Of a stretch of DNA of 60,319 nt, positions 29,278 to 41,003 are shown in pieces (the first letter of the stretch is position 1; each line of letters opens with the position of its first letter). The notes under the pieces were generated by a model. It was not told the origin of the DNA, ran no database searches, and saw only the letters and a list, made by a program, of their open reading frames with translations. The stretch comes from a virus (lineage: Duplodnaviria > Heunggongvirae > Uroviricota > Caudoviricetes): the IMG/VR virus record IMGVR_UViG_2870495154_000003; one strand, 5' to 3'. Both the position numbers and the translations under genes were made by a program.

Positions 29278-30516
29278 TCAAGAATTTTGGGTGTAAATTC
29301 GCGGGGTCATAACAACGATTTTTTCATCATTGTTCTGGAGAAGCTCGAGACGGTCTACCCATAGATTAAGAGCATCACGTTTTGCATCAAGATAACGGGA
29401 GTGGTTATAGACTCGTTGCATCCCCGGCATCTGGTGGGCGGTAAGCTGCTCGACAATATGCGGATCCACGCCTAAATCGTTCAGCATGGTTGTAAATGTG
29501 TGCCGGATGTCATGCAACGACCAGGGGGCTTGATTAATGCGTCTGTGTGCCGTTCTTCCGTACTCTGCTACGGATGATTGCCCTTTCAGTTCTCCAAGCA
29601 ATAAGCCCGTGTGCCTGTTCTTCTCCACCAGCTTCATGACAAACGGCAAGATCGCTTCCGGTATTGGCCTGAATATTGCTACCTTCGTTTTGCTGTGTTC
29701 TTTCGGCACAGTCCAGAGCATTTCTTTAAAATCCCATTCCTGAACCTCGGAGCGTCTTAGCTCAGTGGTACGGCATCCAAAGACAATCAGAAGGCGAATT
29801 AAGGCGCTGTAGTACGGCGGGAAAATTTTTTCATCCAGTGCGCGGAGTAGCTCGCCAAGCTCCTTGTTTGTTAGCACTCGCTCGCTTATTTCTGCTTTTT
29901 TTCCCACATCACCTACGACCATATCATCAAGAACGTTACTGACGGCGTAGCGACGTTTACGGCAGTACTTAAGCGCCTGCTTGCATACCTGCAACAAAAA
30001 GCCGGCTGATACCGGATTACGCTTAGCAAGCTGGTCAAAACAGGCCAGCCAGTGGCGTAGCTCGCATTTATCCAGCGGCATAGCACCAATCTGGCTGATT
30101 ATGTGCTTATTGATACGGCTTTTCAGTGATTCGTGGTCAGTGCGCTTTTCCTTCGCATACGACTCAAGCCAGTAAGTGAGCGCGTCCTTAACCGTCACAG
30201 GGGCTAACGCTTCCTGCACTGTGTGATTAAGCTCATGGCGTGGATTTTTCCCCTCCGCCAGCCAGGCGCGACACTGTGCCGCTTTTTCCCTGGCTGCTTT
30301 CAGGCTCAGATCGGGATAGTTGCCCAGTCTCAGGCGTTCCGGTGATACCTGCCTGCCAGTTCCGGCCCTGTAAGTGAAATACCAGGTTAACAGGCCGCTG
30401 GTGGAATGTCTTACGCTAAGATTGCCACCGTCATTAAAAAAGGCGTTTTTTGTGGTTGGTGATCCGCTTAATTTTCGTAAAAGAGTGTCGCTAAGTCTAT
30501 GAATTGCGCTGCTCAT
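29278..30516 (-). CDS. int: Tyrosine integrase (copy C)
   Basis: Identical to 8308..9546. Confidence 0.9.
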   Translation of the reverse strand: MSSAIHRLSDTLLRKLSGSPTTKNAFFNDGGNLSVRHSTSGLLTWYFTYRAGTGRQVSPERLRLGNYPDLSLKAAREKAAQCRAWLAEGKNPRHELNHTVQEALAPVTVKDALTYWLESYAKEKRTDHESLKSRINKHIISQIGAMPLDKCELRHWLACFDQLAKRNPVSAGFLLQVCKQALKYCRKRRYAVSNVLDDMVVGDVGKKAEISERVLTNKELGELLRALDEKIFPPYYSALIRLLIVFGCRTTELRRSEVQEWDFKEMLWTVPKEHSKTKVAIFRPIPEAILPFVMKLVEKNRHTGLLLGELKGQSSVAEYGRTAHRRINQAPWSLHDIRHTFTTMLNDLGVDPHIVEQLTAHQMPGMQRVYNHSRYLDAKRDALNLWVDRLELLQNNDEKIVVMTPRIYTQNS

Positions 30517-31172
30517 GTTTCGCGTTTCCGGTCATCAAAATTAACTACACCATTGACTACACCGTGCATCGTACAAGGGCAAACCGTGACGAACAATATC
30601 GAACAACCGCGAACAAAGATCAACACGCTTTAATCATTATCATTTTCCGGCTATCCGTCATGAAGCTGGTGGATGATCTGCGTGGTGATTTCCACCATTC
30701 AGAGCAGGGGCGGTCATCATGACCATGCCATAACAAAAACCCCATATTCGTGGTTTTTCTGTGTCGGGGCTATTCTGCTGTTGCCGTGCTGGTGGATATT
30801 CTCCGGTATGCGGCTCCCCATATCGGCATCAGGCCCACCAGCGTGAAGCGTTTTTCATTTTTCGCGGGTATAAAAAATCGATGGGGCTGGCAGTCCTGAA
30901 GACGTCAGGGTACAGAGATTTGACCCGCCCCTCCCTGTGCATGAGCACAATAAGTAACCGAAGGCGGAATTCCGCCCTCGGTACTTACATATGAGAAACG
31001 ATATTTCTTCCACCGATACCCTTTATTTGGGTATTGCGAGTAAGCCCCAAAATCTGGGTGTTACTCTTACTACCCAAACTACGGGTAGTTTCCGTAGTTT
31101 CATGGTCGAGTTGCAAATCTGCAACTCACCCACCAGCCAACGCAATTTTGCGTTATCGGGAATATCAGCAAG

Positions 31173-31547
31173 TTACCGCCGCAGTCGTTCCGGCTTCTTC
31201 CACTGGTAAGTATTTTTCGCGCTCTCCCTCCGTTGTTGAGAACGGCGACGGTATGCCAGCAACTCAAGGACTCTGGTTCGTATGTTGCGCATATCCACGC
31301 CGTTAAGCTCAATACCATCACGGCGCATCACCTCAGCAACAACACGCGCGTAATTTTCGGCTATCACGCTGTCCGGCTGCGTGGCCTCCTGTTCGCCAGC
31401 CTGCTGGCTGATTCCGGTAATACTGCGGATTATCCCGAGCGCTTCGGTCTCGGTCATGGTCATGGCCTCCATAGTGATGGCGGGTCCTCCTTGTGGGGTG
31501 CCCTGCCACGGGGCGGGAGCATCGCGGAAAAAGGCTAGTTTTTGCAT
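31173..31547 (-). CDS. Hypothetical protein 124 aa (copy C/D junction)
   Basis: Identical to 10203..10577. Confidence 0.4.
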   Translation of the reverse strand: MQKLAFFRDAPAPWQGTPQGGPAITMEAMTMTETEALGIIRSITGISQQAGEQEATQPDSVIAENYARVVAEVMRRDGIELNGVDMRNIRTRVLELLAYRRRSQQRRESAKNTYQWKKPERLRR

Positions 31548-31708
31548 TTTTATTCGTCATCACCACCAATGCAATATATTGATATGACTTGATGTTTTAT
31601 TTTTCGGTGTCGATTTCGATTGTTTTTTGTTCATCACTGACGCATAACGCCCACCAGCGCAACGCTGAAAGCCAGTCAGTAAACTGGCTTAGGTCATTGT
31701 GCACTACG

Positions 31709-32251
31709 TTACTTGTCTTTATCCGACTGAAACTTATCAGGCACATTTCCGGTAGTTTCCATCAGATAATCGGACAGCATTCGCGGGATGTTTTCATCAA
31801 GTTTTGTGCATGCGTTACAGGCTCTGACAACTTCTTTTTTCAGGCCATCCAGCATGGCGGGGGTCATCTGTGGGAAGCTCCTTTGCATAGTAAGCGGCAG
31901 GCTGCCCATGATTGAAGAAATCTGACTCGCCAGTTTTGAAAGCGCATATATACAAAATTCCGTACTAATCACATCGCCGCGTTCGCGCTCGTTTTTAAGC
32001 TCCTGCGCCTCCGCCTGCGCTGTCAGCAATCTGATCCTGACTCGCAAAAGCTCATCATTATCAATCTCGCCTTTGTCGTCTGTAATCTGGTTAATTGCAT
32101 TGCTAACCCGATTGTCTATTACGCTGGCAACATCATAAAACGCCTCGCGGCCTTTACGTTCAACGGGAGTCACTCCCCACTTGTCGAACGCTGTCGCACT
32201 TACACGGCAGCTTTGCGCCATGTTTTTTTTGTTCATCAGGTGCGATTTCAT
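31709..32251 (-). CDS. Terminase small subunit, Nu1-like (copy D)
   Basis: Identical to 252..794. Confidence 0.8.
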   Translation of the reverse strand: MKSHLMNKKNMAQSCRVSATAFDKWGVTPVERKGREAFYDVASVIDNRVSNAINQITDDKGEIDNDELLRVRIRLLTAQAEAQELKNERERGDVISTEFCIYALSKLASQISSIMGSLPLTMQRSFPQMTPAMLDGLKKEVVRACNACTKLDENIPRMLSDYLMETTGNVPDKFQSDKDK

Positions 32252-32452
32252 CAATATCCCCACTTAAGTAATGTTTCAGGTTGGTGTATTGGCTTTATCT
32301 TTTCCTTTTTATTCATAGAGATAGAGCGAACAACAAAACCACCACCAGCACCCGAAAAAGGCTCATAAATAGCGAAAACCCGCGAGGTCGCCGCCCCGTA
32401 ACCTACCGGATCGCCGGAAAGGACCCGCCAGCCAGAACGGGCCCTAATTTCA

Positions 32453-32836
32453 TCAACCAATCAACTTATAGCGACCATCCCGTGCATTGCGACGTACACG
32501 CTCAATCTTGAGGCATAGCGCCGCATCTGGCTTTTTTGGGACAGGTACGCGGCAATATTCAGAAGCTCGAGGAATATTGTTTATCCAGTCGATCACTTCA
32601 CTTAAATACCAGGCCTTACGCCCTTTCGTAACCTGTACGCGTTCGGGGAACTCTCCGCGAGCCTCAAGGTTTAGCAATGTGCGACGGCTAAGGGTAGTAA
32701 GTTCCATCACCTGATTCATATCAACAAGGCGTTCACTTAAACGCATTTTGTCAGCAATAGCCTTTAATTCCTCTACTGCTGGATCCGGATACATCATTTC
32801 GGCAATTGGCTTAAGGTCATTGTAATGATTCTGCAT
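32453..32836 (-). CDS. AlpA/Xis-like HTH protein (copy D)
   Basis: Identical to 996..1379. Confidence 0.6.
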   Translation of the reverse strand: MQNHYNDLKPIAEMMYPDPAVEELKAIADKMRLSERLVDMNQVMELTTLSRRTLLNLEARGEFPERVQVTKGRKAWYLSEVIDWINNIPRASEYCRVPVPKKPDAALCLKIERVRRNARDGRYKLIG

Positions 32837-32847
32837 TGTATCCCCCT

Positions 32848-33189
32848 TTACACACGAGCCAGCGGCTGAACAGAAATACCTGAGCCAACAAACGCGGCAA
32901 CCTTTGCCGACAGTTCTTTTACAGACTCAGGCCAGTTCAGAGCATCAACATTTAAAACACCTGTCTTATAAACCTGTGCCTGTGTTTTTTTCGCTGTGTC
33001 GATTTGTACAGCGGAAACATAAACCGCTTTACCTACGCTCGAACCATCCCATACCACCAGTGCACCTGTTGCATCTTCCTGCATCAGTGGCGTAAATGCA
33101 GGAATTACCCCTTTATTAGCTGAAAATATCCCCAGCGTAGTCACCAGTGCTTCAGTGCCAGCCATGAGTTCAGTGTAATGAGTAGCCAT
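32848..33189 (-). CDS. gpD-like head decoration protein (copy D)
   Basis: Identical to 1391..1732. Confidence 0.75.
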   Translation of the reverse strand: MATHYTELMAGTEALVTTLGIFSANKGVIPAFTPLMQEDATGALVVWDGSSVGKAVYVSAVQIDTAKKTQAQVYKTGVLNVDALNWPESVKELSAKVAAFVGSGISVQPLARV

Positions 33190-33198
33190 TGCTCCCCC

Positions 33199-34245
33199 TT
33201 AGCCAATGCGAACGGTAACAAAACGATTGATGCGGGCCGGTATTGGCTGTGGTGCTGAATGTGTCTGCACATATTCAATAGCCGGATCACCAGGCACAAT
33301 ATAGTTTTTCGGTGCAAGTTCGGCTTTAGTCAGCCCCATTCGGATTAGCTCCGGATCCTGAATACCGCCATAGGCGACAATCCCCTGAAGAGCCGTATTG
33401 CCAAGCACCATCAAATCAGGATCAAGGAAATGTTTTTCTGTTCCGTCCTCGTCGGTATAACGCCCGCTGTAAACAACAATCGCAACATCGCCCATATACC
33501 CTTTAAAACTCACCGAATCACCAAGGTCTTTAAGGGCCGTTTCCAGTTCGGAATTAGAACCACGACGGGTATCCAAAGCCTCTTTTATCGCTCTGAATGA
33601 ACGGTATTTCTTCCATACATTACCACCCATAATGATGATATTAGTGACGCCCTCACTAAATTCTGCGTAGCTCTCAATATCATCATTTGGATCAAAAGTT
33701 TCTTTATCCTTACCTGACCACTCAGTACCGCCAGACTGAGTGATGATATTTTGTGGTTTTATATTCCAGTCCAGCTCATAACGTTCAATACCATCGCCCT
33801 CAATGATATTTTTCCCCGTTGTGATTGCCTGAACAGCAAGCCATTCAATACGTGCACGAATAGCTTTAGCCTGATTTACAATCGCCTGTTTAACTTTAAT
33901 ATTACGCGCCCCAAAAGCATTGTATTGCTCAGGTGACACACCAGCAGGGCGCACAGCTAACTTATTTGGATCAATGCTGCTTTTCGGCTTCATATAACCT
34001 GGACGAATTGTTTTTGATTCGTATCCCTCATCTCGTGAAACTTTACTGCCCACCATAGGAGAGCAAAACGCCGCGATCGGGATATTTGGATCGTCGATCG
34101 TATCAAGAATAATGTCTCTCGATTCAAACATTACCGAGCGAGTGAAAAACAAACTGGTAAACAACGCATTTAATTTTTTTTGCACATCTTCAGCATTAGC
34201 CACCTGCACAAGCTGTGTAGGCGAATATAAATCAACCATACTCAT
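33199..34245 (-). CDS. gpE-like major capsid protein (copy D)
   Basis: Identical to 1742..2788. Confidence 0.85.
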   Translation of the reverse strand: MSMVDLYSPTQLVQVANAEDVQKKLNALFTSLFFTRSVMFESRDIILDTIDDPNIPIAAFCSPMVGSKVSRDEGYESKTIRPGYMKPKSSIDPNKLAVRPAGVSPEQYNAFGARNIKVKQAIVNQAKAIRARIEWLAVQAITTGKNIIEGDGIERYELDWNIKPQNIITQSGGTEWSGKDKETFDPNDDIESYAEFSEGVTNIIIMGGNVWKKYRSFRAIKEALDTRRGSNSELETALKDLGDSVSFKGYMGDVAIVVYSGRYTDEDGTEKHFLDPDLMVLGNTALQGIVAYGGIQDPELIRMGLTKAELAPKNYIVPGDPAIEYVQTHSAPQPIPARINRFVTVRIG

Positions 34246-34456
34246 CCTCTTTACATTCATTACAAATAATTGTGAATATATTCTATTACCGATGTCTGCT
34301 ATGCGAATACATGCAACCAAGTGCAATGTTGTATAAAATATGCCGTAACAACTTCAGTGCTGATAATTCGTGTTAATGTATTTACTTCCTTTGGTCGGGA
34401 TTTATGTAGCATGCCGGAAAATCTATTTTTTTCCGGCATCTTTTTGTTTGCAGAAT

Positions 34457-34879
34457 TTAAAACGGTATATTATCGCCGTACGGATCATCATTCCCCGACT
34501 GTTGTTTTGCCCTGTTCAGTGCGTCAGTGGCCTGCCCCTGCTGGCCTTTTTTGCCGCCCGGTCGCGCCGTTCGCGCACTGATTACACTGTCTGCGATAAC
34601 CTGCCAGCCCTGCCGCGTTTCGCCGTTCTGGCCTGTCCACTGGCTTACCTGCATGTTACCCGCCACGCTCACCAATTCGCCTTTGTGGTGTTTTGCCAGT
34701 GCGTCGGCCTGTCTGCCAAACGCCAGGACGGATAACCACATCGTCGCCGTTCCGTCATCTGCCTGGCTGCACGGCAGGGGAACCGCCATACTCGCCATCG
34801 CCATTTGTGTCCCTTTGCTGGTGGTCTTTAACTGCGGGTCAGCCACCAGCCGCCCGTAAGCCGCTATCTGTGCTGTCAT
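34457..34879 (-). CDS. ssb: Single-stranded DNA-binding protein (copy D)
   Basis: Identical to 3000..3422. Confidence 0.8.
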   Translation of the reverse strand: MTAQIAAYGRLVADPQLKTTSKGTQMAMASMAVPLPCSQADDGTATMWLSVLAFGRQADALAKHHKGELVSVAGNMQVSQWTGQNGETRQGWQVIADSVISARTARPGGKKGQQGQATDALNRAKQQSGNDDPYGDNIPF

Positions 34880-35121
34880 GCTGTCTGCTCTCCGGTTTTA
34901 ACGTTGATGGTTGTCACCTGTTCCGCTTCGGCAATCTCCCGTTCTGTCAGCGTGGCAAAGTTTGCAGCTGCCGTTGTCATGAATGAGCTAATCAGTTCGG
35001 GATGTGCTTTCGCATATCCTTCCCCGGCGTTGCGGTCGATGATTTTTATCGACACCCTTAACCAGTGTTCCGTCAAATCAAGGGCGTGCGATTGTGATTT
35101 TTTTGTGTGCTTCGCTGTCAT
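34876..35121 (-). CDS. Hypothetical protein 81 aa (copy D)
   Basis: Identical to 3419..3664. Confidence 0.45.
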   Translation of the reverse strand: MTAKHTKKSQSHALDLTEHWLRVSIKIIDRNAGEGYAKAHPELISSFMTTAAANFATLTEREIAEAEQVTTINVKTGEQTA

Positions 35122-35409
35122 AGGCTTTATCTCACAGCAGTAAATTAAAATTTTTGCGTTTTAACCCTTCACCTGTTCACCTTTTGATATTTTATCTTTT
35201 AATTCATAATGTTAAGGGGTGAACAGTTTCACAAAAAACTATTCACCAACTGTTCACCACTGTTCACCCTTGAAGCTCAATAAACAATCAAAAAGGTGAA
35301 CAGTGAATAGTTTGGTGAACAGTTCATAAATAACTGTTCACCCTATAACATACTGATACAAAAGATATTTATGACAGGGTGAACAGTGGTGAACAGTTAT
35401 TCCATAAGT

Positions 35410-37227
35410 TTAATTTTTGCTATCGTCATTAGTGACCGATACACATGATGGCATCCAGTCTTCTGATTCCTCCGTCAGTGTCACGTTTGAACGCAAACCG
35501 TGCTTCGTTTTCCGTTTCATATACTCCCTGCCATATTCCGCCATTGCCCCCGGCATATCTTTACCGAAGCGCGTCAGTGTTACAGGTTTACCAAACCCAT
35601 GTGCCTTCATATAAGCCAGATAGGCATGATAGAGATACCTGCGCGGGCTGAATGGCACAATTTCAGCATTACCCACTAACAGGCCATCACACATTACCGA
35701 CGCCATGAGATAGCCGCAGAAGTCCACCAGCGAATCACCTTCACGCTTTATCGCGAGTGCTTCTTCTGATTTCTGCTGCTCATATAAAAGGCGTCTGGCT
35801 TCGTCCTGGTCAGCAAACCGTGTAAGCAGATGACGAATCACTACCGCCAGCTCACCTTCTATTTTTTCCGCCAGCATTGAATCGCGTTCGTTCTCCGGTA
35901 CAACTTCCGAAAAATTGAATATCACCCGACGGCGCGAGATCCCCCCACTGCGGTCACTGAATGACATAGCGTTATTGTTAACCGCCAGCACTACTGCCGG
36001 GATACGCGTTGAATATGGGGCTTTATGTTTTGGGTCGATTGCCACCTTGTCACCGCCTGTAATAGCCTTAATTCCCGCCCCATCACCAGCGTAGCGGGTC
36101 ATATCCGGCATGATAATCAGCGAAAAGCCAACCACTAACGCGCGTTCCCTTGCATCTTCCAGCGCCTTCATGCTCGCTGATACTGTATTAGCCTTACCCG
36201 CCAGCATGGTGCAAATCTCCGCCATCACGCTTTTACCACTTCCCCCTGGACCTGTTACCTCAATGAATAACTGCCAGTCGTACCGGTTCGCCAGCACCAT
36301 GAATAATGCAGCCAGTACGCGATCCGCCTTGCGGTCATTCTCAGCCACCGAACGGCGTAACCACTTCCAGAAATTCGGCGCATGTGTTGCCAGCGTTTCC
36401 CCCTCTGCTGGTGGGCTGAAAGGTAATTCACTGGCAATTAACAACCAGTCGTTTTTGTTATGCTCCCGAAAATTACCTGTTCTGGTATCAAATACCCCGT
36501 TACTGAATCCAATCAGGTTACGGGCTGTATTCCCCATTACAGGCAAACTTAACTTCATGGTATCGACCGCCGATTTAATGGCGTTCTGCGAATAGCTGAT
36601 CTCCGCATCAATGAAAATCTGTGCCATAGCTCGCTGTAATTCTTTATCCTGTACTGGCTCCCATACAACGCCGTTGTAATGGTGAACAGTGTCAGAGTCA
36701 GCATGAATCGCCAGTTCACCGCCATAATGTGCCAGGAGAACTTCGCCGCGTTGACTTGCTCCCATCTGGTTAAGCGCCAGTGATGAAGCGTTATCGTCTT
36801 TTACCCGCTCTTTTTTCTTTACAGGCAGTTCAACTACCTTTTTCTTTTCCGCCAGCTCTCCCCGCTCACGTTCCAGATATTCGCGCCAGTTCTCCCGTTT
36901 CTGGCTGTGCATTCCTTCAGGGTAATAATCAGCATCCCTGACACCTGCCGCTGCCAGTTTCTGCCCGATGGTATTAACAAGCCCCGGACGCAATAACCCC
37001 GCCTGGTAGAGACGCACGCGATAGCGTCCGTCCGGTACGATTTGCAGGTTGTCCAGTTCGGCAAGTTGTTGCTCTCCAAGCCAGACAGGTGGCACGTTAT
37101 CGCCAGCCAGTCGCCCGTCCTGTTCCTGCCACTGCGTCGCATGTGCCCACGCATCACTACCCGCAAAAATGATGACTTCCGTCATTTTGTCACGCGGCTG
37201 GTGTTTTAAATTTGGCGCTTTTTTCAT
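35410..37227 (-). CDS. Primase-helicase (copy D)
   Basis: Identical to 3952..5769. Confidence 0.85.
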   Translation of the reverse strand: MKKAPNLKHQPRDKMTEVIIFAGSDAWAHATQWQEQDGRLAGDNVPPVWLGEQQLAELDNLQIVPDGRYRVRLYQAGLLRPGLVNTIGQKLAAAGVRDADYYPEGMHSQKRENWREYLERERGELAEKKKVVELPVKKKERVKDDNASSLALNQMGASQRGEVLLAHYGGELAIHADSDTVHHYNGVVWEPVQDKELQRAMAQIFIDAEISYSQNAIKSAVDTMKLSLPVMGNTARNLIGFSNGVFDTRTGNFREHNKNDWLLIASELPFSPPAEGETLATHAPNFWKWLRRSVAENDRKADRVLAALFMVLANRYDWQLFIEVTGPGGSGKSVMAEICTMLAGKANTVSASMKALEDARERALVVGFSLIIMPDMTRYAGDGAGIKAITGGDKVAIDPKHKAPYSTRIPAVVLAVNNNAMSFSDRSGGISRRRVIFNFSEVVPENERDSMLAEKIEGELAVVIRHLLTRFADQDEARRLLYEQQKSEEALAIKREGDSLVDFCGYLMASVMCDGLLVGNAEIVPFSPRRYLYHAYLAYMKAHGFGKPVTLTRFGKDMPGAMAEYGREYMKRKTKHGLRSNVTLTEESEDWMPSCVSVTNDDSKN

Positions 37228-37517
37228 TTCTGCTCTCTCCACGCGGCAATCATGTTTTTCAGTTCCTGTAGTTTTTTATCCACACGTGACACATGGTTAT
37301 TTCTGGAAAGCGGGATTTCCCGCCTGAATCTGCTAATAAAGATCTCCACGTTCAGCGAACTATGAAATGAATAGCCATCACGAATAAAATAAACACGGTC
37401 AAACATCAGTTCTTTTACCGTTACTCTGTTACCGTTCTTATCCAGATAAATAGCGCCGGGGATAATTTTTGGGTGTGCATAACCGCTGGCAGTCAAGCCA
37501 GATAAATATGTTCTCAT
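37224..37517 (-). CDS. Hypothetical protein 97 aa (copy D)
   Basis: Identical to 5766..6059. Confidence 0.5.
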   Translation of the reverse strand: MRTYLSGLTASGYAHPKIIPGAIYLDKNGNRVTVKELMFDRVYFIRDGYSFHSSLNVEIFISRFRREIPLSRNNHVSRVDKKLQELKNMIAAWREQK

Positions 37518-37523
37518 GATTAT

Positions 37524-37844
37524 TTATCCCCGATTTGAATCAGTATTCGCTTTCTTTATGGCATTTAATGCATCTGTGGCATTTTCAATGGTGCACCGTA
37601 ACGAAATATCAAACTGCCCAAGCATTGCCAGTAACAAGCCAATATTCCCCATGTCAATGCGCATAGCCTTTTCGTCATATTCCTCATTTTCTGACGCATG
37701 CCACATCAGGCTACCAATTGACGCAACAGCCATTGATATATTGTCAGTAGCCCCATCCGCAGCGGAATAAACCTTTTTAGCAATATCATGCTCACAGTTA
37801 AAATGCGGATTAATCAGGTACTGGTAATTTGACATATCAGGCAT
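37524..37844 (-). CDS. Hypothetical protein 106 aa (copy D)
   Basis: Identical to 6066..6386. Confidence 0.45.
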   Translation of the reverse strand: MPDMSNYQYLINPHFNCEHDIAKKVYSAADGATDNISMAVASIGSLMWHASENEEYDEKAMRIDMGNIGLLLAMLGQFDISLRCTIENATDALNAIKKANTDSNRG

Positions 37845-38376
37845 GGCACACCCCCTGGCGAATACGGGCGGCGAATACAGCAACACAACCGGACGGGCAG
37901 CGGTTACGCGCTTCACGTTCCGTCCAGGCGGTGACGTGGATGATTTGATGGTCTGACGCGCCAAAGATGATAAAGCGCCAGAGAAAGGCGGTTTGAGAAT
38001 GTACAAGGGTAGGGATAGTAGCCATGTTGGCAGCCTCCTTTGACAGTGAAGAATTTCCACCGCAGGAAACGCCAATTTCGCTGGCGGTGGACTGAACGGG
38101 GTTGGCGTAACCGGCGTCAAAGGGAACCGGCGCTTCCGAAGAAGCCCCCGCCCAGCCCACCATAACTTTGATGTGAGCGAATGCGGACGATAAAAAAGAC
38201 GCTGGCGCGTCATATATCGCCTTTGACATTTCCAGGACGCCAATCCCGGCACCAGATTTTGCTGGTGCGGATAAATCATAGCCCTGGCTTGCAGTGGCGA
38301 TCAACTGGTTTTTTACACCCGCTTTATTCAGGTTGTGCGAGTCCCGCCCTTGCGGGTGTGTGGTATGATTTCTCAT
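37837..38376 (-). CDS. Hypothetical Ala/Gly/Ser-rich protein (copy D)
   Basis: Identical to 6379..6918. Confidence 0.3.
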   Translation of the reverse strand: MRNHTTHPQGRDSHNLNKAGVKNQLIATASQGYDLSAPAKSGAGIGVLEMSKAIYDAPASFLSSAFAHIKVMVGWAGASSEAPVPFDAGYANPVQSTASEIGVSCGGNSSLSKEAANMATIPTLVHSQTAFLWRFIIFGASDHQIIHVTAWTEREARNRCPSGCVAVFAARIRQGVCHA

Positions 38377-38575
38377 AGCGACCTCGATACTATCGTTATC
38401 GTTGGTGGTTAGAAGCCCCGTTACTGCTCCAACAGTGCGGGGTTTCGTCGTTTCTGCACCTTGCATCAACAAGGTGTTGAACACCAATGTAAACTCAGGT
38501 GTTGAACACGTCAAGTGTTGAACACTTGTTTTTTTTCCTGCATACTGCATTTGTTTTTTGTGAGGGGTACACAAC

Positions 38576-38755
38576 ATGGCGACAAAAGCAGTAAACGCAA
38601 AATCACAAACAGTTGCGGCAAGGGTTCCGCATGAAGTTATGAACAATGTTGAGGCGGTAAAAATGCCTGGTGAAAGTACAGGGCAATTTGTAACAGCAGC
38701 ATTAAAGCGAGAAGTTGAATACCGCCAGCGACGCAAGGCTAAAGAGCAAGAATAA
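38576..38755 (+). CDS. RHH-like small regulator (copy D)
   Basis: Identical to 7118..7297. Confidence 0.55.
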   Translation: MATKAVNAKSQTVAARVPHEVMNNVEAVKMPGESTGQFVTAALKREVEYRQRRKAKEQE

Positions 38756-38812
38756 TCACTATCAGCGCTGTGGTGTGAGGTACTCCGGCGCATTGCTTTA
38801 CAGGTCGGCACT

Positions 38813-39022
38813 ATGAGCAAAAAATACCTATCCACTGAAGAGATTTTCGCAGAACAACGAAGATTGCTTTTACAGAGCATTGTTGCACGCCAGAAAGAAA
38901 AGGCACACGCTAAACAAATGCCACCAAATACAGAACCAGCGCCTACAAAATTTGCGCTTGATGAGTTTCTCAATAAACAGCCCCGGGTAATGAAAGCTAA
39001 CAGGAACCGCCCACCAGGCTGA
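38813..39022 (+). CDS. Hypothetical protein 69 aa (copy D)
   Basis: Identical to 7355..7564. Confidence 0.4.
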   Translation: MSKKYLSTEEIFAEQRRLLLQSIVARQKEKAHAKQMPPNTEPAPTKFALDEFLNKQPRVMKANRNRPPG

Positions 39023-39135
39023 TCACATTGCCCACCAGCCAGCAAATCGCTATGATGGCTGGGCTTATGTTTAGTGTATTCCCACTGGCGACCTCTGATC
39101 CGGGTCGCCTTTGTTTTATGTGTCATATGCCCCCT

Positions 39136-39345
39136 TTACGCTGCCTTGCCTGAATTAATGCGATCCCGGCTTTTAACCCATTCCATAACCTCGGACAGCA
39201 GCCAACCTACAGAACGACCGCCCAGATTACGGCGTGACGGGAAATTCCCTTTTTTCTCCAGTTCATAGCGTGTAGTGCGACACACTCCAGTTAACTTACG
39301 ACATTCATCCTCACGGATTACGCGATCTTCATTTATTTCACGCAT
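39136..39345 (-). CDS. alpA: AlpA-family regulator (copy D)
   Basis: Identical to 7679..7888. Confidence 0.8.
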   Translation of the reverse strand: MREINEDRVIREDECRKLTGVCRTTRYELEKKGNFPSRRNLGGRSVGWLLSEVMEWVKSRDRINSGKAA

Positions 39346-39764
39346 ACAAAAACCTACATAAAAAATTACGTATATAAACTTTTCTCTTAGCTGTAGATAT
39401 ATGAGATCGGATATTACTTAGATTCTTTTTTCACCTCTTAAATTAAAAACACAACCTTGCTAAAGGCTTTGTTCGCTAAGGTTCGTAGAAGCTCGTTAGT
39501 GTTTAAAATCGTGTCACGAGTTTTTAAGCGATGCAACAAAAAATGTCGTTATTTGGCATTACGCTTGAATTATCTCATTAAAAACAAATAGATAAACCAT
39601 CAAGTGTTGGAACAATCAAGAAACAGAGAATAAAAGTTCAGAAGAAGACATTCCAATTTTTTGATGGTTGACATATATAAAGCGAAGATATTTGCAGATA
39701 TTTTCCGATATTCTACGATTTATTCACGGCTGTAATCTCTTAAAGAAAAAACAGCCGTAATTTG

Positions 39765-41003
39765 TCAAGAATTTTGGGTGTAAATTCGCGGGGTCATAAC
39801 AACGATTTTTTCATCATTGTTCTGGAGAAGCTCGAGACGGTCTACCCATAGATTAAGAGCATCACGTTTTGCATCAAGATAACGGGAGTGGTTATAGACT
39901 CGTTGCATCCCCGGCATCTGGTGGGCGGTAAGCTGCTCGACAATATGCGGATCCACGCCTAAATCGTTCAGCATGGTTGTAAATGTGTGCCGGATGTCAT
40001 GCAACGACCAGGGGGCTTGATTAATGCGTCTGTGTGCCGTTCTTCCGTACTCTGCTACGGATGATTGCCCTTTCAGTTCTCCAAGCAATAAGCCCGTGTG
40101 CCTGTTCTTCTCCACCAGCTTCATGACAAACGGCAAGATCGCTTCCGGTATTGGCCTGAATATTGCTACCTTCGTTTTGCTGTGTTCTTTCGGCACAGTC
40201 CAGAGCATTTCTTTAAAATCCCATTCCTGAACCTCGGAGCGTCTTAGCTCAGTGGTACGGCATCCAAAGACAATCAGAAGGCGAATTAAGGCGCTGTAGT
40301 ACGGCGGGAAAATTTTTTCATCCAGTGCGCGGAGTAGCTCGCCAAGCTCCTTGTTTGTTAGCACTCGCTCGCTTATTTCTGCTTTTTTTCCCACATCACC
40401 TACGACCATATCATCAAGAACGTTACTGACGGCGTAGCGACGTTTACGGCAGTACTTAAGCGCCTGCTTGCATACCTGCAACAAAAAGCCGGCTGATACC
40501 GGATTACGCTTAGCAAGCTGGTCAAAACAGGCCAGCCAGTGGCGTAGCTCGCATTTATCCAGCGGCATAGCACCAATCTGGCTGATTATGTGCTTATTGA
40601 TACGGCTTTTCAGTGATTCGTGGTCAGTGCGCTTTTCCTTCGCATACGACTCAAGCCAGTAAGTGAGCGCGTCCTTAACCGTCACAGGGGCTAACGCTTC
40701 CTGCACTGTGTGATTAAGCTCATGGCGTGGATTTTTCCCCTCCGCCAGCCAGGCGCGACACTGTGCCGCTTTTTCCCTGGCTGCTTTCAGGCTCAGATCG
40801 GGATAGTTGCCCAGTCTCAGGCGTTCCGGTGATACCTGCCTGCCAGTTCCGGCCCTGTAAGTGAAATACCAGGTTAACAGGCCGCTGGTGGAATGTCTTA
40901 CGCTAAGATTGCCACCGTCATTAAAAAAGGCGTTTTTTGTGGTTGGTGATCCGCTTAATTTTCGTAAAAGAGTGTCGCTAAGTCTATGAATTGCGCTGCT
41001 CAT
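39765..41003 (-). CDS. int: Tyrosine integrase (copy D)
   Basis: Identical to 8308..9546. Confidence 0.9.
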   Translation of the reverse strand: MSSAIHRLSDTLLRKLSGSPTTKNAFFNDGGNLSVRHSTSGLLTWYFTYRAGTGRQVSPERLRLGNYPDLSLKAAREKAAQCRAWLAEGKNPRHELNHTVQEALAPVTVKDALTYWLESYAKEKRTDHESLKSRINKHIISQIGAMPLDKCELRHWLACFDQLAKRNPVSAGFLLQVCKQALKYCRKRRYAVSNVLDDMVVGDVGKKAEISERVLTNKELGELLRALDEKIFPPYYSALIRLLIVFGCRTTELRRSEVQEWDFKEMLWTVPKEHSKTKVAIFRPIPEAILPFVMKLVEKNRHTGLLLGELKGQSSVAEYGRTAHRRINQAPWSLHDIRHTFTTMLNDLGVDPHIVEQLTAHQMPGMQRVYNHSRYLDAKRDALNLWVDRLELLQNNDEKIVVMTPRIYTQNS